DNA of 32,000 nucleotides, from positions 1,200,001-1,232,000 of the forward strand of contig NC_016012.1 in assembly GCF_000283555.1 (NCBI RefSeq), given 5' to 3'. Shown piece after piece: positions 9,841-17,725 of this stretch. Every line of letters begins with the position of its first letter. Within the stretch, counting starts at the first letter, position 1. The notes beneath the pieces are model-generated. The model searched no databases and was not told the origin of the DNA. It was given only the letters and a program-made list of their open reading frames with translations. The DNA is from Candidatus Arthromitus sp. SFB-rat-Yit. GTDB taxonomy: Bacteria > Bacillota > Clostridia > Clostridiales > Clostridiaceae. A program made the position numbers and the translations under genes.

Positions 9841-10230
9841 TTAAATAACTTCTTTATGCCTAACCTGCATAGCATCTCTTAAATCATCTTTTGTCTTTGC
9901 AGAATTTATATTGCTTAAAATTTTATTCAATCTCTTAATTTCACTCTCATACAATCTAATCTTATCTTCATTATTCTCTTTTTTAAAATCTTCAAGTTTT
10001 GTAACTGTAATCTCCATCATGTTATCTATGTACCCAAGTATGGATCCCCTGATCTCATCAATTGGTGTATTATCCCAATAATCATTTGGATCAACTTCAC
10101 TAACCCCAAGAGAAGCCATTGAATCTTGAGTATTAATACTAACTGCCTCATCTTGTTTATTTGAATATCCAATACAAAACGCTGAACAAACCAAAACTCC
10201 AATAATTGAAAACATAAACATCTTGTTCAT
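9841..10230 (-). CDS. Small secreted/membrane protein, paralogue of the 9353 product
   Basis: N-terminal signal-like segment; C-terminal 'LGYIDNMMEITVTKLEDFKKENNEDKIRLYESEIKRLNKILSNINSAKTKDD' aligns with 'LAHLDSKISFIEKEIEKYKSENDNDKVKRLEEKISKIKGTKEKINSAKSKEE' of the neighbour. Confidence 0.7.
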   Translation of the reverse strand: MNKMFMFSIIGVLVCSAFCIGYSNKQDEAVSINTQDSMASLGVSEVDPNDYWDNTPIDEIRGSILGYIDNMMEITVTKLEDFKKENNEDKIRLYESEIKRLNKILSNINSAKTKDDLRDAMQVRHKEVI

Positions 10231-10247
10231 AAAATCCCTCCTAAGAT

Positions 10248-10910
10248 TTAATAAATTACACCTTCTGCATAATTTCTCTCTTCACCATCTTTAATAATCA
10301 ATATTTGGTCATTAACTCCATTTTCAAGTCTAAAGCTCGGTCTATACGAAGCTTCCTCAGGATCTTTTGAAAATACTAAAAGCACATTATTTTTATCGCT
10401 GTTATTCCCAAAAATCTGTTTATACAAACCTTCAAGCTCTTCTTCAAATATCCTATCTAAATTTTCAACAACAACTGTACAATGACGAACATTTTCTCCA
10501 TTCTTCTTATATTCAATAGATTCAAACACATTGTAGAATAACTCATTACTTTCATTATCAATTTCATGTTTCAAAATTCTAAGGGTATCTTCTCTTAAAC
10601 TATCTCTAAGCTCGAGTTCTACAAAATTCCTATATTCTTTTTTCAAATCAACTCGAATAGATGGTTCAAACTTATCATAAAACTCTGAATATAATTCATT
10701 CTCAACCTCTACCTTTATCGCACTTTTCATACTATTAAAAACTTTCTGACGCTCCTTATCTATATTGTTTATAATACCAATTATCGCAATACCAACAGAT
10801 ATAAACAAAATAACTAGAACCTTTAACCACTCTTTTTGAAAAATATTTGTCTTGCTTCTCAAAAATTTACTATCATTAGAAACAACATTTCCATTCTCTT
10901 GCTTATACAA
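10248..10910 (-). CDS. Single-TM protein with charged helical extracytoplasmic domain, unknown function
   Basis: TM segment 'WLKVLVILFISVGIAIIGIINNI' followed by helical region. The track start is 10931; TTG at 10910 is preceded by GGAGGAGAG. Confidence 0.65.
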   Translation of the reverse strand: MYKQENGNVVSNDSKFLRSKTNIFQKEWLKVLVILFISVGIAIIGIINNIDKERQKVFNSMKSAIKVEVENELYSEFYDKFEPSIRVDLKKEYRNFVELELRDSLREDTLRILKHEIDNESNELFYNVFESIEYKKNGENVRHCTVVVENLDRIFEEELEGLYKQIFGNNSDKNNVLLVFSKDPEEASYRPSFRLENGVNDQILIIKDGEERNYAEGVIY

Positions 10911-10948
10911 CTTTATCTCTCCTCCAAACAATACAAATAAAATATCAC

Positions 10949-11260
10949 TTAAGATTTAATCCATTTTCTCTCAAGCCTAATCTCTTTTATCAAATCCTTT
11001 TTAAGACTTTCCCTAACATCATCTAAAAGCTCAACTCTAAGTTCTTTAAGTACTTCAGACTTTAACGAATCTTTAAGTTTTGCTTTAACTTTCGTTTCAA
11101 CTCCGTTTAAAATCTCTTCTTTAACATCCCTCTTATAATTTGTTACCATATATCTCGAAGACTCTGCCTTCACAAAATTAATTATTGGTATTTGAATAAT
11201 AGTCGATAAAAATAAAACAACAATCGGAATAAGTGCATATTTAAATTTTATAAACTTCAT
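10949..11260 (-). CDS. Short single-TM protein with highly charged amphipathic helix
   Basis: TM 'YALIPIVVLFLSTIIQIPIINFV' then 'KRDVKEEILNGVETKVKAKLKDSLKSEVLKELRVELLDDVRESLKKDLIKEIR'. RBS GGGGAG upstream. Confidence 0.65.
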   Translation of the reverse strand: MKFIKFKYALIPIVVLFLSTIIQIPIINFVKAESSRYMVTNYKRDVKEEILNGVETKVKAKLKDSLKSEVLKELRVELLDDVRESLKKDLIKEIRLERKWIKS

Positions 11261-11414
11261 TAAAATCTTCTCCCTCGTTTAATCGTTAGATCTATTTTGG
11301 TATAATTGGATAATTTTAATACATTTGTAAAATTTAAAGTTTTTTGGTTTTTTTTAACGAGATAAAAAAAATATGAAGAATAACTTAACAATTATCTTCA
11401 TATTTGAAAATCTT

Positions 11415-11963
11415 CTATTTAGTTGTATACAATAAAATATCACTGAACATTGAATCACTCACATTCTTGATTACTTTCTCGTAGTTATCAAACTGAAGTG
11501 ATAAATCTATTTTCCCATTTGGGTGATCATACCTATCTATATTTTTTATCTCCGTTAAATGAATTATTTCTTTTGAATATCCATTATCGGGCGTAAATAC
11601 TATTGAATTTCTTGTAACTTCAAAATTTCCCAAAATATCAACACCATCTAAATTGTATTTACCATAATATGTATTTTTTATATTAGCTAAATCCTCATCC
11701 TTAAATTCCTTTGCTTCAATATATGTACTATTTTCTCCTCTGCTTTCCATGTTTTCTCTCTTATCATAGGAATTCCTAGAAGTATTTCCCGTATCTCTGT
11801 TATAATTTTCAAAAGTTTTTTTATCACTTACACTGCTTAAAGCACTCTCAAACTTATCAACATTCGCACTTTTTGTACAACTAACCATTATGATTAATAT
11901 CAAAACCATACAAAATATAATAATAGGTCTTGTTATATTAAAAGAATTTCTACCATTGTTCAT
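11415..11963 (-). CDS. Predicted lipoprotein, unknown function
   Basis: 182 aa, N-terminal 'IIIFCMVLILIIMVSC' lipobox; RBS AAGGAGAAT upstream. Confidence 0.7.
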   Translation of the reverse strand: MNNGRNSFNITRPIIIFCMVLILIIMVSCTKSANVDKFESALSSVSDKKTFENYNRDTGNTSRNSYDKRENMESRGENSTYIEAKEFKDEDLANIKNTYYGKYNLDGVDILGNFEVTRNSIVFTPDNGYSKEIIHLTEIKNIDRYDHPNGKIDLSLQFDNYEKVIKNVSDSMFSDILLYTTK

Positions 11964-12117
11964 TTTTAAAATTCTCCTTTCTTATAATAATAATTTTTGT
12001 TATAATTAGCTTATTTCAATTTAGTTATACTTAAGATTATGTATTATATTTCCAGATTTATCGATATTTTATACTAAATATTTTAAAATTAATAATTTTG
12101 GAGGATCTTTACCTGAG

Positions 12118-13011
12118 ATGAATTTAAATATAATAACTGTTCCTACATTTTATGGATGTGATAAAAAAGGAGTTGAACTAGGCCCTAAAACTCTAATTGT
12201 AAATAATCTTATATCTACTATTGAGAATTGTGGACACAAAATAAATGAAATAATTGATATACCAATAAAAATAGATGATAAAGATAAATTTAACACTAAT
12301 AAACAAATCAAATATTTTGATAAAGTAATACCTATGGTTAAGAATATCTCAAAAATAATTGAAGAAAGCCATAAAAACAATGTATTCCCATTGGTTATAG
12401 GTGGAGATCATTCTATATCTATCGGATCTCTTGCTGGTTTTTCTAAAAGTTTTAACGATACTGGAATAATTTGGGTGGATGCTCATGGAGATTTAAATAT
12501 TCCAAGCTCATCTCCATCGTGTAATGCTCACGGAATGCCTCTTGCTTGCTCTCTTGGATATGGACATAAGGAATTTATATCAATATTTGAAAAAACTATT
12601 GATCCAAAAAATGTATTTTTATTTGGAATACGCTCACTTGATAATTGGGAAAAAGAATTTATAATCAAAAATGAAATGCACGTTTACGATGGAAATTCAT
12701 TCGATAATATCCCTCAAAATACAATGATCGAAACCCTAAATAAATACATAATAAAAAATAATATTAAAAACTTCCATTTATCATTTGATATAGATGTATT
12801 TGATCCTTTTATTGCACCTGGAACTGGTACTCCTGTAAAAAAAGGATTATCTATGGAGAACGTTAAAAATCTTATGGATAAATTATTATCTTCTTTAAAC
12901 ATAGTTTCAATGGATTTTGTTGAATTTAATCCTCTTCTTGATAAAAACAATAAAACATTGAATGCTTGTCTTGAAATTCTTGACTTTACATTTAGGAGGA
13001 TAAACAAATAA
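12118..13011 (+). CDS. rocF: Arginase (ureohydrolase family)
   Basis: Metal-ligand motifs 'VIGGDHSISIGSL', 'IIWVDAHGDLN', 'HLSFDIDVFDPFIAPGTGTPV'; GGAGGAT RBS. Confidence 0.93.
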   Translation: MNLNIITVPTFYGCDKKGVELGPKTLIVNNLISTIENCGHKINEIIDIPIKIDDKDKFNTNKQIKYFDKVIPMVKNISKIIEESHKNNVFPLVIGGDHSISIGSLAGFSKSFNDTGIIWVDAHGDLNIPSSSPSCNAHGMPLACSLGYGHKEFISIFEKTIDPKNVFLFGIRSLDNWEKEFIIKNEMHVYDGNSFDNIPQNTMIETLNKYIIKNNIKNFHLSFDIDVFDPFIAPGTGTPVKKGLSMENVKNLMDKLLSSLNIVSMDFVEFNPLLDKNNKTLNACLEILDFTFRRINK

Positions 13012-13622
13012 TGAGATTATTATTTTTAGATACTGAAACTACGGATAAATCTCCGGGTCAAATATGCCAATTAACATATATAATATATGATACAGATTTA
13101 CCTAAGGAAAATAGAGTTCAAGCAAAAAATTTCTTCTTTTCTGTAGACTTTGTCACAGATACTGCCTATAATGTCCATGGATTTAATATTGATATACTAA
13201 AAAAATTAAGTGGAAATTTGAAATTTAAAGACCTCTACAAATTATTCAAAAAAGATTTATTAGAGAATGATTTCATAATCGGTCACAATGTAAATTTTGA
13301 TATTTCTTTTTTAAAAAGAGAGTTCGATAGAATCGACATTGAATTTAAACCTAAAAATTTGTTTTGCTCTATGAACTATTTTAAAAATATACTCAAACTT
13401 AAAAACTCAATTGGAACAATTAAATCACCAAAATTATCTGAGCTTTTAGATCATCTTAAAATCACTGAAGATAATATCTTAAGCTCCACAACCAAATTAT
13501 TTAATAGTGATGAAACTCATTTCCATGACGCACGGTTTGATACAACAGCACTCTATCTTGCAATTATAAAATCCATTAAGCTTAATTTAATAAGTAATGG
13601 ATTTTTTTCAAGTCAAATATAA
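13011..13622 (+). CDS. 3'-5' exonuclease, DEDDh (DnaQ/PolC epsilon-like) superfamily
   Basis: ExoI motif 'LLFLDTETTD', ExoII 'IIGHNVNFDISFLKREF', ExoIII 'HDARFDTTAL'; start overlaps the arginase stop. Confidence 0.85.
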   Translation: MRLLFLDTETTDKSPGQICQLTYIIYDTDLPKENRVQAKNFFFSVDFVTDTAYNVHGFNIDILKKLSGNLKFKDLYKLFKKDLLENDFIIGHNVNFDISFLKREFDRIDIEFKPKNLFCSMNYFKNILKLKNSIGTIKSPKLSELLDHLKITEDNILSSTTKLFNSDETHFHDARFDTTALYLAIIKSIKLNLISNGFFSSQI

Positions 13623-13643
13623 AATTTACTAGGGGTGTTTTTT

Positions 13644-14990
13644 ATGATTAATGCAAAAAATTATATAAAAGATGTTTACCAAAAGGTTATATCTAAAAAT
13701 CCCTCAGAACTCGAATTTCATCAAGCAGTACACGAAATTCTATTTTCGCTTGAACCTTTATTGGAAAAATATCCAAAATATATAGATCAAAATATATTAG
13801 AAAGAATTGTTGAACCAGATAGATTTATTCAATTTAGAGTAGCATGGGTTGACGATAATGGAAAAACTCAAATTAATAGAGGATTTAGAGTTCAATTTAA
13901 TAATGCAATAGGACCATATAAAGGAGGTCTTCGTTTTCACCCAACAGTTTGCCCTTCTATAATTAAATTTTTAGGTTTTGAGCAAATATTTAAAAATTCA
14001 CTAACATCCCTTCCTATGGGTGGTGGAAAAGGAGGTTCTGACTTCAATCCAAAAGGAAAATCGGATAATGAAATAATGCGATTTTGTCAGGCATTTATGA
14101 GTGAACTTTATAAGTACATCGGCGAAAATATAGATGTTCCTGCTGGAGATATCGGAGTTTCCTCAAAAGAAATCGGATATATGTTTGGAGAATACAAGAA
14201 ACTTAAAAATGATTTTACTGGAGTTCTAACTGGAAAAGGAATTAATTTTGGAGGAAGTCTTGCTCGCACTGAAGCTACCGGATATGGTTTATGCTACTTT
14301 GGAGAAGAAATGCTAAATACATTCTCTAAATCTTTTAAAAACTCTAAAGTTTCTATCTCAGGATCTGGTAATGTTGCAATTTACGCAGCTCAAAAATCTT
14401 ATGAACTTGGTGCAACTGTGGTATCTATGAGCGACTCCTCTGGATACATTTATAATGAAAATGGAATCGATATATCTATTATAAAGGAAATCAAAGAAGT
14501 TAATCATGAAAGAATAAGTAAATATTTAAACTTTGATAAAAGCACAAAATTTGTTCCGAATTTTAAAGAAATTTGGAATGAAAAATGCGATATTGCACTC
14601 CCATGTGCAACACAAAATGAAATAGATGAAGAATCCGCAAAAATATTAGTTAAAAATGGATGTTTCTGTGTTTGTGAAGGATCCAATATGTCATCAACTC
14701 CCGAAGCTATAAAATTATTTTTAGATAACAACATTTTATTTGGACCTTCAAAGGCTGCAAATGCTGGTGGAGTTGCAGTTTCTGGTCTTGAAATGTCACA
14801 AAACTCTCTTAGATATTCATGGCCTTTTAAGGAAGTTGATGACAAACTTAAAAATATAATGAAAAATATATTTACGATTTGTTACGATACGTGTAATGAA
14901 TTCTCTCTTGGAAATAATTTTCTTGCAGGTGCAAATATTTCTGGATTTAAAAAAGTTGGAGATGCAATGATATCTCAAGGTGTATATTAA
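13644..14990 (+). CDS. gdhA: NAD(P)-dependent glutamate dehydrogenase
   Basis: 'NRGFRVQFNNAIGPYKGGLRFHPTVCPSIIKFLGFEQIFKNSLTSLPMGGGKGGSDFNPKGKSD', 'DVPAGDIGV', 'SGSGNVAIYAAQK'. The track start (13635) is a GTG; ATG at 13644 after AGGGG is more likely. Confidence 0.96.
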   Translation: MINAKNYIKDVYQKVISKNPSELEFHQAVHEILFSLEPLLEKYPKYIDQNILERIVEPDRFIQFRVAWVDDNGKTQINRGFRVQFNNAIGPYKGGLRFHPTVCPSIIKFLGFEQIFKNSLTSLPMGGGKGGSDFNPKGKSDNEIMRFCQAFMSELYKYIGENIDVPAGDIGVSSKEIGYMFGEYKKLKNDFTGVLTGKGINFGGSLARTEATGYGLCYFGEEMLNTFSKSFKNSKVSISGSGNVAIYAAQKSYELGATVVSMSDSSGYIYNENGIDISIIKEIKEVNHERISKYLNFDKSTKFVPNFKEIWNEKCDIALPCATQNEIDEESAKILVKNGCFCVCEGSNMSSTPEAIKLFLDNNILFGPSKAANAGGVAVSGLEMSQNSLRYSWPFKEVDDKLKNIMKNIFTICYDTCNEFSLGNNFLAGANISGFKKVGDAMISQGVY

Positions 14991-14996
14991 AAATTA

Positions 14997-15028
14997 AACG
15001 GTATGAAAATCTCATACCGTTTTTTTTA
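14997..15028 (+). terminator. Rho-independent terminator after gdhA
   Basis: AACGGTATGA-aaatc-TCATACCGTT followed by TTTTTT. Confidence 0.92.
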
Positions 15029-15035
15029 TACAAAA

Positions 15036-15590
15036 TTATTTTACTAACTTCTGTAGGTTTTCAAGAATCTTTGCTGCATTATCAGCTATAATATATCCTT
15101 TTATATTACCCTCAGTAAACTTTTTAACTCCTTTAACAAGTTCATACTGATCAGGTAAATATTTACTCCATGTCACTTCTAAATCTTCTAATCTTTTTGT
15201 AATTCCCTTATCAATTGCATCTGATTGTTCTTTACTTGAAAATTTAAATATTGCTATCTCTGTCGCTTGAACATTCATCATACTCATAGAAAATGTAGCT
15301 TCATCATAGTTAGAAGAAGTTATAGAAGTTAAACTTTCTATTTCACTTGAAGAAATTTGATTCAATTTTGGAAGTTCAACTCCATTTGTTATTTTATCAT
15401 AAACCTCTTTAGTTGAAATAGTAACATTTTTGTTTTTTGCTCCACCACAAGAAACCATAATACCAACCAATAAAAAACACACAAAAACAAATGAAAACCT
15501 TTTTATATTATTAAACAAAATAAACCACCTCTTTAATTTATTAATCTTATTTTGCATCACATAATTTTTTTTTATACAAAAAAGTACCAC
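15036..15590 (-). CDS. DUF4358-like predicted lipoprotein
   Basis: 'FLLVGIMVSCGG' lipobox; 'YDKITNGVELPKLNQISSSEIESLTSI...EIAIFKFSSKEQSDAIDKGITKRLEDLEVTWSKYLPDQYELVKG'. True start may be a TTG near 15518 preceded by AGAGGTGG. Confidence 0.7.
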   Translation of the reverse strand: MVLFCIKKNYVMQNKINKLKRWFILFNNIKRFSFVFVCFLLVGIMVSCGGAKNKNVTISTKEVYDKITNGVELPKLNQISSSEIESLTSITSSNYDEATFSMSMMNVQATEIAIFKFSSKEQSDAIDKGITKRLEDLEVTWSKYLPDQYELVKGVKKFTEGNIKGYIIADNAAKILENLQKLVK

Positions 15591-15604
15591 ACAAATGCAG
15601 TACT

Positions 15605-16699
15605 TTAATCTCCAAATCCGATCCCCATACTCCTAGATATCTTTACTAACTCATGATCAGGATTAACAAATTTCTCATTTCCAATAACATCTTCAAGCTT
15701 TATATATGAAATTTCATCACCATTTAAGCAAACCATATTTCCAAACTTTCCTTCATAAATAAGTCTAGCTGCTGCTGCTCCATACCTAGTTGACAAAACT
15801 CTATCATATGTTGAAGTGTTTCCTCCTCTTTGGATATGGCCAAGTATTGTTGATCTAACTTCTTGGTCAGATATTTTCTTCTCTAAGTCACTTGCGAGCT
15901 TGTTTGCTATTCCTCCAAATCTTATAGGATCTGGTGAATCTTCAACAACTTTTGCAATAACAGTTTCTCCCGAAATAGACTTAGCACCTTCAGACACAAC
16001 TATTAAAGTATATTTATACCCCTTAGCCTTTCTCTCATTTATCTTTTCTATAATTTTATCCAAACTATAGGGTATCTCAGGTATTAAAATTATATGAGCA
16101 TCACCGGCAATACCAGAATGAAGTGCAATCCATCCCGCATTCCTTCCCATAACTTCTGCTATCAAAATTCTATGATGAGATTCAGCTGTTGTATGAAGTC
16201 TATCTAAACAATCAGTAACTATTCCTATTGCTGTATTAAAACCAAAAGTAAAATCCGTAGACCCTAAATCATTATCAATAGTCTTAGGAACCCCCACAAC
16301 ATTAACACCCTTTCGTGCGAAATCTCTTGCTGATGTTAAAGTTCCATCTCCACCAACTATAACTAAGGCATCTACATTTTCCTTTTTTATATTTTCGATG
16401 GCAACGTCCGAAACATCTTTTTTAACCTTTTGTCCATCTTCTTCTACTACATAATCAAAAAGATTATCTTTATTGGAACTCCAAAGTATAGTTCCACCTT
16501 TATGTAAGATATTATCAACTGCACTAATATCAAGGTTCATATAATCATTATTGTACAAACCTCTATATCCAAACCTATACCCTATAACTTCATATCCATA
16601 TTCTAATATAGCTGTTTTTGTTACTGCTCTTATAACTGCATTAAGACCTGGACAGTCTCCTCCACCTGTAAGTATCGCAATTTTCTTTATTTGATTCAT
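15605..16699 (-). CDS. pfkA: 6-phosphofructokinase
   Basis: From ATG at 16699 (RBS GGAGGAT): 'KKIAILTGGGDCPGLNAVIRAV', 'GGDGTLTSARDFARKGVNVVGVPKTIDNDLGSTDFTFGFNTA', 'GRNAGWIAL', 'GHIQRGG'. The track start at 16810 runs into the region upstream of the RBS. Confidence 0.95.
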   Translation of the reverse strand: MNQIKKIAILTGGGDCPGLNAVIRAVTKTAILEYGYEVIGYRFGYRGLYNNDYMNLDISAVDNILHKGGTILWSSNKDNLFDYVVEEDGQKVKKDVSDVAIENIKKENVDALVIVGGDGTLTSARDFARKGVNVVGVPKTIDNDLGSTDFTFGFNTAIGIVTDCLDRLHTTAESHHRILIAEVMGRNAGWIALHSGIAGDAHIILIPEIPYSLDKIIEKINERKAKGYKYTLIVVSEGAKSISGETVIAKVVEDSPDPIRFGGIANKLASDLEKKISDQEVRSTILGHIQRGGNTSTYDRVLSTRYGAAAARLIYEGKFGNMVCLNGDEISYIKLEDVIGNEKFVNPDHELVKISRSMGIGFGD

Positions 16700-16775
16700 A
16701 GTAATCCTCCCAATATCTGAGTACACTGAGATTAATTGTAACATAAAACATAAAATGTGTAAATATGTTAACCCC

Positions 16776-17651
16776 TTATACTTTAATAATATTAAGATTA
16801 ACAAGTACAATAAGAAGTATTGCTATTACTATCCTATAATACGCAAAATATTTCATAGGATATTTTCTCAAAAATTTCATAAAAATATCAACAACTAAAA
16901 GTGCAACCAAAAATGCAACTAAAAATCCAACTATAAGTGCAATTCCATGAGAAAATGTAAAATTTGAATAATCCGTACCTAAAAGTTCATATGCTGATGC
17001 CCCAATCATAGTCGGTATTGCTAAAAAAAATGAAAATTCTGCTGCAAGCTTTGTTGAACATCCAAATATCCAAGCTCCAGATATAGTAGATGATGATCTA
17101 CTCATTCCAGGACACAAAGATAAAACCTGAAAGCATCCAATTCCAAGTGCTTGTTTGAAATTTATGTTTTTTATATCACACGTTTGCTTGTCTACATTTT
17201 TAGTTGAGAAATACTTTTCAACAACTAAAAGTATAATTCCTCCAATAATGAGTCCAAGTGAAACACTAAATGTATTGAATAATTTAGCTTTAATTATATC
17301 ATCTACTAAGACTCCAATAATTGCAGATGGTAAAAATGCTATAATTATATAAAACCACATCTTAAATCCATATTCTTTTAAGTGTATAATCGAATCTATA
17401 ATTTTTTTTCTATACAAAACCATAATAGCAATGATTGCTCCTAATTGTATAACAATCTCATACATATGTGCAAAATTAACACCACTAGTTTCGACAAAGT
17501 TTATTATATCTCCTACAATTATCATGTGACCAGTCGATGATACAGGCAAAAACTCAGTTATACCTTCAACAATTGCAATTATAACTGATTTTAATAATAA
17601 CAAAACCTCCAAAATATTGTATCCCCCTTTTAAAATTAAGTTAAATATCAT
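16776..17651 (-). CDS. uppP: Undecaprenyl-diphosphatase (UppP/BacA)
   Basis: 'IVEGITEFLPVSSTGHMIIVGDII', 'GCFQVLSLCPGMSRSSSTISGAWIFG', multiple TM helices. Likely TTG start near 17612 after GGGGG. Confidence 0.95.
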   Translation of the reverse strand: MIFNLILKGGYNILEVLLLLKSVIIAIVEGITEFLPVSSTGHMIIVGDIINFVETSGVNFAHMYEIVIQLGAIIAIMVLYRKKIIDSIIHLKEYGFKMWFYIIIAFLPSAIIGVLVDDIIKAKLFNTFSVSLGLIIGGIILLVVEKYFSTKNVDKQTCDIKNINFKQALGIGCFQVLSLCPGMSRSSSTISGAWIFGCSTKLAAEFSFFLAIPTMIGASAYELLGTDYSNFTFSHGIALIVGFLVAFLVALLVVDIFMKFLRKYPMKYFAYYRIVIAILLIVLVNLNIIKV

Positions 17652-17685
17652 TACCTATATTAACATTTTATATTTTTAAATACAA

Positions 17686-17718
17686 AAAAACTTTAGGAAA
17701 ATAATTCCTAAAGTTTTT
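17686..17718 (-). terminator. Terminator downstream of the TPR gene
   Basis: AAAAACTTTAGGAA-aataa-TTCCTAAAGTTTTT; reverse strand ends in a T-rich tract. Confidence 0.8.
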
Positions 17719-17725
17719 AATATTT

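Noticed and set aside
12150-12380. - strand ORF within rocF (also 12714..13007)
   Set aside because: Antisense shadow ORFs opposite the arginase coding frame.
14504-14845. - strand 113-aa ORF within gdhA
   Set aside because: Antisense to a conserved enzyme; composition is a codon-reversal artefact.
15816-16070. + strand ORF within pfkA (also 17155..17352 in uppP)
   Set aside because: Antisense shadow ORFs of conserved genes.
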